This document shows, piece after piece, positions 1-12,593 of a DNA stretch of 64,000 nt. The notes beneath the pieces were generated by a model, which was not told the origin of the DNA, searched no databases, and worked only from the letters and a program-made list of their open reading frames with translations. This DNA is from Antedon mediterranea (lineage: Eukaryota; Animalia; Echinodermata). The position numbers were made by a program, and so were the translations under genes. Within the stretch, counting starts at the first letter, position 1; every line of letters starts with the position of its first letter. The stretch lies in assembly GCF_964355755.1 (NCBI RefSeq), contig NC_092673.1, positions 10,574,948-10,638,947 on the forward strand. The letters are read 5' to 3'.

Positions 1-3000
1 GATCTATCTCTCTCTCGCTGATCTATCTATCTATCTCTCTCTCGCTGATCTATCTATCTCTCTCTCTCGCTGATCTATCTATCTCTCTCTCGCTGATCTA
101 TCTATATCTCTCTCGCTGATCTATCTATCTCTCTCTCGCTGATCTATCTCTCTCTCGCTGATCTATCTATCTCTCTCTCGCTGATCTATCTCTCTCTCTC
201 GCTGATCTATCTATCTCTCTCTCGCTGATCTATCTCTCTCTCGCTGATCTATCTATCTCTCTCTTGCTGATCTATCTATCTCTCTCTCACTGATCTATCT
301 ATCTCTCGCTGATCTATCTATCTCTGTCTCGCTCATCTATCTCTCTCTCGTTGATCTGTCTCTCTCTCGCTGATCTATCTATCTCTCTCTCGCTGATCTG
401 TCTCTCTCTCGCTGATCTATCTCTCTCTCGCTGATCTATCTCTCTCTCTCTCGCTGATCTATCTCTCTCTCTCGCTGACCTATCTTTCTTTCTCGCTGAT
501 CTATCTCTCTTTCTCTCTCTCTCGCTGATCTATCTCTCTCTCGCTGATCTATCTCTCTCTCGCTGATCTCTCTCTCTCTCTCGCTAATCTATCTCTCTCT
601 CGCTGATCTATCTCTCTCTCGCTGATCTATCTATCTCTCTCTTGCTGATCTATCTATCTCTCTCTCGCTGATCTATCTCTCTCTCGCTTGTCTATCTATC
701 TCTCTCTCGCTCATCTATCTCTCTCTCGCTGATCTATCTATCTCTCTCTCACTGATCTATCTCTCTCTCGTTGATCTATCTCTCTCTCGCTGATCTATCT
801 ATCTCTCTCTCGCTGATCTGTCTCTCTCTCGCTGATCTATCTCTCTCTCGCTGATCTATCTCTCTCTCTCTCGCTGATCTATCTCTCTCTCTCGCTGACC
901 TATCTTTCTTTCTCGCTGATCTATCTCTCTCTCTCTCTCACTCTCTCTCTCGCTGATCTATCTCTCTCTCGCTGATCTATCTCTCTCTCTCTCTCTCGCT
1001 GATCTATCTCTCTCTCGCTGATCTATCTCTCTCTCGCTGATCTATCTCACTCTCGCTGATCTATCTCTCTCTCGCTGATCTATCTCTCTCTCTCGCTGAT
1101 CTATCTATCTCTCTCGTTGATCTATCTATCTTTCTATCTCTGTCGCTGATCTATCTATCTCTCTCTCGCTGATCTATCTATCTCTCTCTCTAGCTGATCT
1201 ATCTATCTCTCGTTGATCTATCTCTCTCTCGCTGATCTATCTCTCATTCGCTGATCTATCTCTCTCTGGCTGATCTATCTCTCTCTCGCTGATCTATCTC
1301 TCTCGCTGATCTATCTCTCTCTCGCTGATCTATCTATCTCTCTCGCTGATCTATCTATCTCTCTTGCTGATCTATCTATCTCTCTCTCTCTCTCTCGCTT
1401 ATCTATCTCTCTCTCTCGCTGATCTATCTATCTCTCTCTCGCTGATCTATCTATCTCTCTCTCTCTAGCTGATCTATCTATCTCTCGTTGATCTATCTCT
1501 CTCTCGCTGATCTATCTCTCTCTCGCTGATCTATCTCTCTCTTGCTGATCTATCTATTTCTCGCTGATCTATCTATCTCTCGCTGATCTATCTCTCTCTC
1601 GCTGATCTATCTCTCGCCCGCTGATCTATCTCTCTCTCGCTGATCTATCTCTCTCTCGCTGATCTATCTATCTCTCGCTGATCTATCTCTCTCTCGCTGA
1701 TCTATCTATCTCTCTCTCGCTGATCTATCTCTCTGTCGCTGATTTATCTCTCTCTCGCTGATCTATCTCTCTCTCGCTGATTTATCTCTCTCTCGCTGAT
1801 CTATCACTCTCTCGCTGATCAATCTCTATCTCGCTGATCTATCTTTTTCTCGCTGATCTATCACTCTCGCTGATCTATCTCTCTCTCTCTCTCTCGCTGA
1901 TCTATCTCTCTCTCTCTCTCTCGCTGATCTATCTCTCTCTCTCTCTCTCTCTCGCTGATCTATCTATCTCTCCCTCGCTGATCTATCTATCTGTCTCTCG
2001 CTGATCTATCTATCTGTCTCTCGCTGATCTATCTATCTGTCTCTCGCTGATCTACCTATCTCTTTCTCGCTGATCTATCTATCTCTCTCTCGCTGATCTA
2101 TCTATCTCTCTCTCGCTGATCTATCTATCTTTCTCTCGCTGATCTATCTATCTCTCTCTCGCTGATCTATCTATCTCTCGCTGATCTATCTCTCTCGTTG
2201 ATCTATCTCTCTTTCGCTGATCTATCTCTCTCGCTGATCTATCTATCTCTCGCTGATCTATCTTTCTCTCGCTGATCTATCTCTCTCTCGCTGATCTCTC
2301 TCTCTCGCTGATCTATCTCTCTCTCGCTGATCTATCTCTCTCTCGCTGATCTATCTATCTCTCGCTGATCTATCTCTCTCTCGCTGATCTATCTCTCTCT
2401 TGCTGATCTATCTATCTCTCTCTCGCTGATCTATCTCTCTCTCGCTGATCTATCTATCTCTCTCTCGCTGATCTATCTCTCTCTCGCTGATCTATCTATC
2501 TCTCTCTCGCTGATCTATCTCTCTCTCGCTGATCTATCTATCCCTCTCTCGCTGATCTATCTATCTCTCTCTCGCTGATCTATCTATCTCTCGCTGATCT
2601 ATCTATCTCTCTCTCGCTGATCTATCTCTCTCTCGCTGATCTATCTATCTCTCTCTCGCTGATCTATCTCTCTCTCGCTGATCTATCTATCTCTCTCCCG
2701 CTGATCTATCTCTCTCTCGCTGATCTATCTCTCTCTCGCTGATCTATCTATCTCTCTCTCGCTGATCTATCTATCTCTCTCTCACTGATCTATCTATCTC
2801 TCGCTGATCTATCTATCTCTCTCTCGCTCATCTATCTCTCTCTCGCTGATCTATCTATCTCTCTCTCGCTGATCTATCTCTCTCTCGCTGATCTATCTAT
2901 CTCTGTCCCGCTGATCTATCTCTCTCTCTCGCTGATCTATCTATCTCTCGCTTATCTATCTCTCTCTCGCTGATCTATCTATCTCTCTCGCTGATCTATC

Positions 3001-5685
3001 TATCTCTCCCGCTGATCTATCTATCTCTCTCGTTGATCTATCTATCTCTCTCTCTCTCTCTCTCTCGCTGATCTATCTCTCTCTCGCTGATCTATCTCTC
3101 TCTCGCTGATCTATCTCTCTCTCGCTGATCTATCTCTCTCTCGCTGATCTATCTATCTCTCTTTCGCTGATCTATCTATCTTTCTCTCGCTGATCTATCT
3201 ATCTCTCTCTCGCTGATCTATCTATCTCTCGCTGATTTATCTCTCTCTCGTTGATCTATCTCTCTCTCGCTGATCTATCTCTCTCGCTGATCTATCTATC
3301 TCTCGCTGATCTATCTCTCTCTCGCTGATCTATCTCTCTCTCGCTGATCTCTCTCTCTCTCTCGCTAATCTATCTCTCTCTCGCTGATCTATCTCTCTCT
3401 CGCTGATCTATCTATCTCTCGCTGATCTATCTCTCTCTCGCTGATCTATCTCTCTCTCGCTGATCTATCTCTCTCTCGTCGATCTATCTATCTCTCTCTC
3501 GCTGATCTATCTCTCTCTCTCGCTGATCTATCTATCTCTCTCTCGCTGATCTATCTCTCTCTCATTGATCTATCTATCTCTCTCTCGCTGATCTATCTAT
3601 CTCTCTCTCGCTGATCTATCTATCTTTCTCTCGCTGATCTATCTATCTCTCTCTCGCTGATCTATCTATCTCTCGCTGATCTATCTCTCTCTCGTTGATC
3701 TATCTCTCTCTCGCTGATCTGTCTCTCTCTCGCTGATCTATCTCTCTCTCGCTGATCTATCTCTCTCTCTCGCTGATCTATCTCTCTCTCTCGCTGACCT
3801 ATCTCTCTTTCTCGCTGATCTATCTATCTGTCTCTCGCTGATCTACCTATCTCTCTCTCGCTGATCTATCTATCTCTCTCTCGCTGATCTATCTATCTCT
3901 CTCTCGCTGATCTATCTATCTTTCTCTAGCTGATCTATCTATCTCTCTCTCGCTGATCTATCTATCTCTCGCTGATCTATCTCTCTCGTTGATCTATCTC
4001 TCTCTCGCTGATCTATCTCTCTCACTGATCTATCTATCTATCTCTCGCTGATCTATCTCTCTCTCGCTGATCTGTCTCTCTCTCGCTGATCTATCTCTCT
4101 CTCGCTGATCTATCTATCTCTCCCTCGCTGATCTATCTATCTGTCTCTCGCTGATCTATCTATCTGTCTCTCGCTGATCTATCTATCTGTCTCTCGCTGA
4201 TCTACCTATCTCTCTCTCTCGCTGATCTATCTATCTCTCTCTCGCTGATCTATCTATCTCTCTCTCGCTGATCTATCTATCTTTCTCTCGCTGATCTATC
4301 TATCTCTCTCTCGCTGATCTATCTATCTCTCGCTGATCTATCTCTCTCTCGTTGATCTATCTCTCTCTCGCTGATCTATCTCTCTCGCTGATCTATCTGT
4401 CTCTCGCTGATCTATCTCTCTCTCGCTGATCTATCTCTCTCTCGCTGATCTCTCCCTCTCGCTGATCTATCTCTCTCTCGCTGATCTATCTCTCTCTCGC
4501 TGATCTATCTATCTCTCGCTGATCTATCTCTCTCTCGCTGGTCTATCTCTCTTTCGCTGAAAAATCTATCTCTCTCTCGCTGATCTATCTCTCTCTCGCT
4601 GATCTATCTACCTCTCTCTCTCGCTGATCTATCTCTCTCTCGCTGATCTATCTATCTCTCTCTCGCTGATCTATCTCTCTCTCATTGATCTATCTATCTC
4701 TCTCTCGCTGATCTATCTATCTCTCTCTCGCTGATCTATCTATCTCTTGCTGATCTATCTCTCTCTAGCTTATCTATCTCTCTCTCGCTGATCTCTCTCT
4801 CTCTCTCTCTCTCTCGCTGATCTATCTCTTTCTCGCTGATCTCTCTCTCTCTCTCTCGCTGATCTATCTCTCTCTCGCTTATCTCTCTCTCTCTCTCTCT
4901 CTCGCTGATCTATCTCTCTCTCTCGCTGATCTATCTCTCTCTCTCTCGCTGATCTATCTCTCTCTCTCTCTCTCGCTGATCTATCTCTCTCTCTCGCTGA
5001 TCTATCTCTCTCTCTCTCGCTGATCTATCTCTCTCGCTGATCTATCTCTCTCTCGCTGATCTATCTCTCTCGCTGATCTATCTCTGTCTCGCTGATCTAT
5101 CTCTCTCTCGCTGATCTATCTCTCTCTCGCTGATATATATCTCTCTCTCGCTGATCTATCTCTCTCTCTCACTGATCTATCTCTCTCTCGCTGATCTATC
5201 TCTCTTTCGCTGATCTATCTCTCTCTCGCTGATCTATATCTCTCTCGCTGATCTATCTCTCTCTCGCTGATCTATCTCTCTCTCGCTGATCTATCTCGCT
5301 CTTGCTGATCTATCTCTCTCTCTCTCTCGCTGATCTCTCTCTCTCTCTCGCTGATCTATCTCTCTCTCTCTCTCGCTGATCTATATATCTCTCTCTCTCT
5401 CGCTGATCTATCTCTCTCTCGCTGATCTATCTCTCTCTCGCTGATCTATCTCTCTCTCGCTGATCTATCTCTCTCTCGCTGATATATCTCTCTCTCGCTG
5501 ATCTATCTCTCTCTCTCTGATCTATCTCTCTCTCTCTCGCTGATCTATCTCTCTCGCTGATCTCTCTCTCTCTCTCTTGCTGATCTATCTCTCTCTTTCT
5601 CGCTGATCTATCTCTCTCTCTCTCGCTGATCTATCTCTCTCTCTCGCTGATCTCTCTCTCTCTCTTTCTCTCTCTCTCGCTGATT

Positions 5686-5729
<44 letters not shown>

Positions 5730-8700
5730 TCTATCTCTCTCTCGCTGATCTATCTCTCTCTCGCTGATCTATCTCTCTCTCGCTGATCTATCTATCTCTT
5801 TCTCGCTGATCTATCTATCTTTCTCTCGCTGATCTATCTATCTCTCTCTCGCTGATCTATCTATCTCTCGCTGATTTATCTCTCTCTCGTTGATCTATCT
5901 CTCTCTCGCTGATCTATCTCTCTCGCTGATCTATCTATCTCTCGCTGATCTATCTCTCTCTCGCTGATCTATCTCTCTCTCGCTGATCTCTCTCTCTCGC
6001 TAATCTATCTCTCTCTCGCTGATCTATCTCTCTCTCGCTGATCTATCTATCTCTCGCTGATCTATCTCTCTCTCGCTGATCTATCTCTCTCTCGCTGATC
6101 TATCTCTCTCTCGCTGATCTATCTATCTCTCTCTCTCGCTGATCTATCTCTCTCTCGCTGATCTATCTATCTCTCTCTCGCTGATCTATCTCTTTCTCAT
6201 TGATCTATCTATCTCTCTCTCGCTGATCTATCTATCTCTCTCTCGCTGATCTATCTATCTCTCGCTGATCTATCTATCTCTCTCTCGCTCATCTATCTCT
6301 CTCTCGCTCATCTATCTATGTCTCTCTCGCTGATCTATCTCTCTCTCGTTGATCTATCTCTCTCTCGCTGATCTATCTATCTCTCTCTCGCTGATCTGTC
6401 TCTCTCTCGCTGATCTATCTCTCTCTCGCTGATCTATCTCTCTCTCTCGCTGATCTATCTCTCTCTCTCGCTGACCTATCTCTCTTTCTCGCTGATCTAT
6501 CTATCTGTCTCTCGCTGATCTACCTATCTCTCTCTCGCTGATCTATCTATCTCTCTCTCGCTGATCTATCTATCTCTCTCTCGCTGATCTATCTATCTTT
6601 CTCTCGCTGACCTATCTATCTCTCTCTCGCTGATCTATCTATCTCTCGCTGATCTATCTCTCTCTCGTCAATCTATCTCTCTCTCTCTCGCTGATCTATC
6701 TATCTCTCTCTCGCTGATCTATCTATCTCTCTCTCGCTGATCTATCTATCTCTCTCTCGCTGATTTATCTATCTCTCGCTGATCTATCTCTCTCTCGCTG
6801 ATCTCTCTCTCTCTCTCCCTCTCGCTGATCTATCTCTCTCTTGCTAATCTTTCTCTCTCGCTGATCTATCTCTCTCTCTCTCTCTCTCGCTGATCTATCT
6901 CTCTCTCACTGATCTATCTCTCTCTCTCTCTCTCGTTGATCTATTTCTCTCTCTCTCGCTGATCTATCTCTCTCTCGCTGATCTATCTCTCTCGCTCGCT
7001 GATCTATCTCTCTCGCTGATCTTTCTCTATCTCTCTCGCTGATCTATCTCTCTCTCGCTGATCTCTCTCTCTCTCTCGCTGATCTCTCTCTCTCTCTCTC
7101 GCTGATCTATCTCTCTCTTGCTGATCTATCTCTCTCTCGCTGATCTATCTTTCTCTCGCTGATATATCTCTCTCTCTCGCTGATCTATCTCTCTTTCACT
7201 GATCTATCTCTCTGTCGCTGATCTATCTCTCTCTCGCTGATCTATCTCTCTCTCGCTGATCTATATCCCTCTCGCTGATCTATCTCTCTCGCTGATCTAT
7301 CTCTCTCTCGCTGATCTATCTCTCTCGCTGATCTATCTCTCTCTCTCGCTGATCTATCTCTCTCGCTGATCTATCTCTCTCTCGCTGATCTATCTCTCTC
7401 TCGCTGATCTATCTCTCTCTCGCTGATCTATCTCTCTCTTAATGATCTATCTCTCTCTCGCTAATCTATCTCTCTCTCGCTGATATATCTCTCTCTCTCG
7501 CTGATCTATCTCTCTCTCACTGATCTATCTCTCTCTCGCTGATCTATCTCTCTCTCGCTGATCTATCTCTCTCTCGCTGATCTATATCTCTCTCGCTGAT
7601 CTCTCTCTCTCGCTGATCTATCTCTCTCTCGCTGATCTATCTCTTTCGCTGATCTATCTCTCTCTCGCTGATCTATCTCTCTCTCTCGCTGATCTATCTC
7701 TCTCTCGCTGATATATATCTCTCTCTCGCTGATCTATCTCTCTCTCACTGATCTATCTCTCTATCGCTGATCTATCTCTCTCTCGCTGATCTATCTCTCT
7801 CTCTCGCTGATCTATATCTCTCTCGCTGATCTATCTCTCTCGCTGATCTATCTCTCTCTCGCTGATCTATCTCGCTCTTGCTGATCTATCTCTCTCTCTC
7901 TCTCTCGCTGATCTCTCTCTCTCTCTCGCTGATCTATCTCTCTCTCTCGCTGATCTATATCTCTCTATCTCTCTCTCGCTGATCTATCTCTCTCTCGCTG
8001 ATCTATCTCTCTCTCGCTGATCTATCTCTCTCTCGCTGATCTATCTCTCTCTCTCTCTGATCTATCTCTCTCTCTCTCGCTTATCTATCTCTCTCGCTGA
8101 TCTCTCTCTCTCTCTCTCTCTCTCGCTGATCTATCTCTCTCTCTCGCTGATCTATCTCTCTCTCTCTCTCTCGCTGATCTATCTCTCTCTCGCTGATCTC
8201 TCTCTCTCTCTCTCGCTGATCTCTCTCTCTCGCTGATCTCTCTCTCTCTCTCTCTCGCTGATCTATCTCTCTCTCGCTGATCTATCTCTCTCTCGCTGAT
8301 CTATCTCTCTCTCGCTGATCTATCTATCTCTCTCTCGCTGATCTATCTATCTTTCTCTCGCTGATCTATCTATCTCTCTCTCGCTGATCTATCTATCTCT
8401 CGCTGATTTATCTCTCTCTCGTTGATCTATCTCTCTCTCGCTGATCTATCTCTCTCGCTGATCTATCTATCTCTCGCTGATCTATCTCTCTCTCGCTGAT
8501 CTATCTCTCTCTCTCGCTGATATCTCTCTCTCTCGCTAATCTATCTCTCTCTCGCTGATCTATCTCTCTCTCTCTGATCTATCTATCTCTCGCTGATCTA
8601 TCTCTCTCTCGCTGATCTATCTCTCTCTCGCTGATCTATCTCTCTCTCGCTGATCTATCTATCTCTCTCTCGCTGATCTATCTCTCTCTCGCTGATCTAT

Positions 8701-8806
8701 CTATCTCTCTCTCGCTGATCTATCTCTCTCTCATTGATCTATCTATCTCTCTCTCGCTGATCTATCTATCTCTCTCTTGCTGATCTATCTATCTCTCGCT
8801 GATCTA
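1..8806. repeat. Microsatellite-derived tandem array, unit GCTGATCTATC(TATC)0-1(TC)n, mostly ~17-25 bp
   Basis: Directly visible: hundreds of copies of gctgatctatctctctctc with variable TC/TATC number. The + strand is strongly pyrimidine-rich. Confidence 0.98.
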
Positions 8807-9323
8807 ATGTTTTTAAATTTAAATGATGTTAATGTTTTTAAATATTTATCTATTAATTGCAGACATGTTAATAACCTTAAGTTGCGCAATAATTTTATAG
8901 CCCGGACTGATTTATTTCATAACTCTGTCTTTAATGTGTTTGTTAGACATTTTAGAGATCTGCCTGCGGATCTCTGCGACCAACTTTTAATTAATATAAA
9001 CTGTTTTAAGCATAGCCTTAAGAAATATTTTAACAATCTGTTTTAATCTGAACATATGTATATTTTTAAGATATTTTCTTAATTCTATCTTTTTAAATTA
9101 ACAATTTTTTATAAAAACACATTGCTGAATTTTATAGTTTTATCTAAATTTTAATAGAATCCATGTATTATTCATTTTATGTAAGTATTTCGATGTGGAG
9201 AGCCTCTCGACGGTTATTTATATTTGTAACTTTTAGGTTATCCGGCCTCATTGACTTACTTTTGTATTGTTTTTTTGTACTGTTCTGTATATTGGCGAAA
9301 TAAATGATATGATATGATATGAT
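8807..9323 (+). mobile_element. 5'-truncated CR1-group LINE 3' end inserted in the microsatellite array
   Basis: ORF 8777-9046 ends ...ARTDLFHNSVFNVFVRHFRDLP...FKHSLKKYF, resembling CR1/L2 ORF2 C-termini. It is followed by an AT-rich UTR, AATAAA at ~9299 and an (ATATG)n tail, after which the array resumes. Confidence 0.7.
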
Positions 9324-9515
9324 ATCTATCTATCTCTCTCTCGCTGATCTATCTATGTCTCTCTCGCTGATCTATCTCTCTCTCGTTGATCTATCTCTCT
9401 CTCGCTGATCTATCTATCTCTCTCTCGCTGATCTGTCTCTCTCTCGCTGATCTATCTCTCTCTCGCTGATCTATCTCTCTCTCTCGCTGATCTATCTATC
9501 TGTCTCTCACTGATC
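9324..9515. repeat. Continuation of the GCTGATCTATC(TC)n array
   Basis: Same unit as 1-8806; abuts the truncated Polinton. Confidence 0.95.
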
Positions 9516-9705
9516 TACTACAAGTAAAGGACGCTTGTTTTCCTAGAGTTTTGGCACCCTTTTTTAAAAGCGGTACAGCTTTTTTGAACAAACCAGACAA
9601 CATTCCACCTAATCCGTACCCTCTCTGATTAGATGATCCATGAAATACAGATAGGCTTAAACCGCCAGCTTGACCTACGTAGTAATCCTCATACGCGTTA
9701 GGCAT
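9496..9705 (-). pseudogene. Polinton small core / membrane-lytic-like protein, C-terminally truncated by the repeat array
   Basis: YEDYYVGQAGG...QRGYGLGGMLSGLFKKAVPLLKKGAKTLGKQA matches the conserved YYxxQxG / QRGxGLG / amphipathic-helix protein of animal Polintons. Its start overlaps the mCP stop; its tail runs into the microsatellite. Confidence 0.75.
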
Positions 9706-10483
9706 GATTAATGAGATGCGATGATCTACTCGGTCGAAAATGAAGCTTCACTAAAACCTTCCCACGTTGAAATGATACTTTCTCACCAGTGTCACTCCTT
9801 ATATCTATCGAAATGGTATCAATTTCTTTTTTGATTAAACGCTTGTAGTGAGGCATCATGTATTCGTGAGAAGTAACGTTTCTCATTTGACTCTCCTTGG
9901 TTTGTACAATTCTCAATAAAGGAACTCTTACATCTCCAACTTGTTGATGTTCGATCACGTCTGTATAAACGTATAAACCAGGTACACGATGATGAAGATT
10001 AATCGGATGATTGCCTGTAACATTTGAATTTAATAGAATCGAAGATACGTCGAATCCCAATAACGTTTGCATACCTCCTAACGTCGTTATAGATGTCAGA
10101 ATATCGGTTGAAATATTAACTTTTTCCGATACAGAATTGAATTTAAACCTTATGTTATCATCCAACTTCTTTTTTCTTAAAGCAGAGTTTATCGCATCAA
10201 TCAGTTTCGAACCTGAACTATAATAACCGCTTGTAATTTCGATTTTGTATTCCATCGTTGCTGTTTCTATTTGAGAAACGTTTAATCGTACCCAAATTTT
10301 ATTGTTTGTATCGTCTACATTGTACCATGTATGTGGGTATTGTATTTCAGTTAAACCAACTTCCCAATCGCCTTTTAATCGTATCGACTCGGCTAATTTT
10401 GTAGTGTAACTTGTAAGTGTATTTTCAGGAAAATAATTAGATGAACTATTGCTCGGTAGTGAGACGTGAAACTGAGATGCCAT
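9698..10483 (-). CDS. Polinton minor capsid protein (penton, PX)
   Basis: FHVSLPSNSS..YFPENTLTSYTTKL...WEVGLTEIQYPHTW and YVYTDVIE.Q.VGD..VPLLRIV...I.IDIRSDTGE.V.F..GKV.VKLHFR are hallmark motifs. Likely ATG at 10483; ORF is open. Confidence 0.88.
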   Translation of the reverse strand: MASQFHVSLPSNSSSNYFPENTLTSYTTKLAESIRLKGDWEVGLTEIQYPHTWYNVDDTNNKIWVRLNVSQIETATMEYKIEITSGYYSSGSKLIDAINSALRKKKLDDNIRFKFNSVSEKVNISTDILTSITTLGGMQTLLGFDVSSILLNSNVTGNHPINLHHRVPGLYVYTDVIEHQQVGDVRVPLLRIVQTKESQMRNVTSHEYMMPHYKRLIKKEIDTISIDIRSDTGEKVSFQRGKVLVKLHFRPSRSSHLINHA

Positions 10484-10494
10484 GATGCTCGTGT

Positions 10495-11534
10495 TTATCT
10501 GACTAGATTCTGAACCCAACTGTTGAATTTAGCAGGGTACCCTAACCACTTAACGAAATATTCTGTCTTTCCAGCACGCTTTCGCCTTTTAATTACTTTG
10601 TCGACGCGATATACATCTTTATCAGATTTTGGAACTTTTTGTAATTCTTTTTCGTAGAAATTTCCTTCAATTATATCATTGTTCCAGTCCTTTACTTGAT
10701 ACGTTGGCATTGATGTTCCTTTACGTTTAAATACAGTAAATATCTCTTCGGTCCAGTTTGCTAAATAACCTTTTTCAAAAACCATTTTATACCTGCTTAT
10801 ACGTACTTGATCACCGATTTTAAATTTAAAGTTTCCTGATTTTTGTTGTTTTTCACCATACAATTTTAGCCACACTTCGTGTTCGTTATCGTTTGTAACG
10901 AGAATCGGTGATGTACCTATAGACCTATGTTTTGAGTTGTTATAACTTGAAACTAATTTAGGAAGATCGTCGATATATTTCTTATTACCATTGGCTGTAA
11001 ATAGTTTCCACATTTTTAATGTTCTGTTAAATCTTTCAACGATACTAGCTTTTGTTTCGTTGTTTGTCGTAAAGAAATGTATATCTTTTGATTTTAGATA
11101 CGTTTGAACCTTTTTATTAACAAATTCTGATCCTTTATGGGTATGAATTTTATTCGGCTTCCTTTTACCGGATAGCAGTTTTTTCATGGCTTTCAACATT
11201 GTATCTGAAGATTTGTTTTTTATAGGTATAACCCAGGCATATTTCGATAGAACATCAATGCATGTTATAAGAAAAGTGTTTTGCTTATTATAGCGTTTAC
11301 TTGATGACAAGTCAACCAAATCCATTTCCCATTGTTCATCAATTGTCGTTACAAGTACCCGGTTTCGTTGGAAATTACGTTGAATGGATCTGTGTAAAGT
11401 ATATGTATCTTGATTGCTCAGCCATTCTTGAACTTGTTTCTTGGTAATAGTTAAATCGTCTTTTACATTTTGATAAAGTCGATCCACACCACCAAAACTA
11501 CCGAGGTGTTTCTCAATTTCTCATCCATACTCAT
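10495..11534 (-). pseudogene. Polinton retroviral-type (rve) integrase with C-terminal chromodomain, inactivated
   Basis: Motifs WEMDLVDL, CIDVLSKYAW, ERFNRTLK and chromodomain YFVKWLGYPAKFNSWV. The second catalytic Asp reads His (THKGSEF, codon 11137-11139). The N-terminal ATG at 11534 is out of frame with GSFGGVDRLY. Confidence 0.92.
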
Positions 11535-11967
11535 TTCACTCAATCATACAAATGAAAATAAAATACTAATTCAAATACTTAAATAACACGCAAAGATCAA
11601 ATTTCATTTTCGTTGTTGTTAAAAACAAAATTTATTTCAATACACATTCTATTGCAATACACTTTACAAAATATAAAATCAAAATACACAATAACAATTA
11701 AATAGAAAAAAATACTTTTATATATACACTAACATATTATTTAGTCAGAAGGAACAAATTACATTAACTCAAAACATTTAAATTTATTTTAAAATTACTT
11801 TTTACAAATACACTAACATATTATTTAGTACTGAAAAAAAAACCACACCAAAAATAATACGCAGGTTAAAATGTTTAAATGCCCTTTCAAAGTGGGTACT
11901 CCCATTTAAAAAATTGTCCGATTCAAGATCATCAATCCGTTCCATTATCCAAAAGATTACATTGTAA

Positions 11968-12480
11968 TTACGGGAACTGTTCTAACCAATCGTAATTGTC
12001 ATTCTTGTAGCTTTTTTTGGTCATTTGTGTTTCTAGCATTCCATTGTCATTCATGTCTACACCGGTTCCACAATCATCAAATCCATCCAATTCTAAAAAC
12101 ATTTCATCGACCATGTCCTTTTGCTCCATTAGATCCCTCCACTGCATCATTGTTAAATTAATGCCTTTCTTGCTTGGTTTAAATTTACCATCTGGTTCTG
12201 ATTGATAGTATTCTCGGATACATACGTACATATCATCACCCCAACGTTGAGCAACTACGTGCCTCGTTTCGTTAAGTTTAATACGTTTAGTAGCTGTAAC
12301 TGTAATTCGACTATCATTCTTTAAAAAGTGATTCTTTACCACCGGTCGACAAAAGAAGCACTAGTATTTGGTTCATCTTCTACTCTCTGTCTCTTGCTAG
12401 ACCTCATAACTCGCTGCATAGTAGCCTTAGCCTTATCAGCTAATTTAGAATCGGCGTAATCAGCTGTTGGTTTGTAGAAG
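11968..12480 (-). pseudogene. PC4/Sub1-like ssDNA-binding protein gene in the Polinton, probably frameshifted near 12345
   Basis: YVCIREYY..PDGKFKPSKKGINLT..QW..L is the PC4 domain signature. An upstream open frame (...ATMQRVMRSSKRQRVEDE...) ends just as the PC4 frame begins. Confidence 0.75.
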
Positions 12481-12549
12481 TTTATACTGATGAAAACTGT
12501 ACTAAATTCTCTTAATCAAAAATGTAGAAGTGAGTTCAACGCTTTGAAA

Positions 12550-12593
12550 ACTGATACTGATGAGTTCAGTATAAATTTTACCCTATATTTATA
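12550..12593 (-). promoter_or_regulatory. Candidate TATA + initiator core promoter for the PC4-like gene
   Basis: Minus strand has TATAAATA (12586-12593) followed ~32-35 nt later by TCATCAGTATCAGTT (TCAGT-type Inr). Motif match only. Confidence 0.4.
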
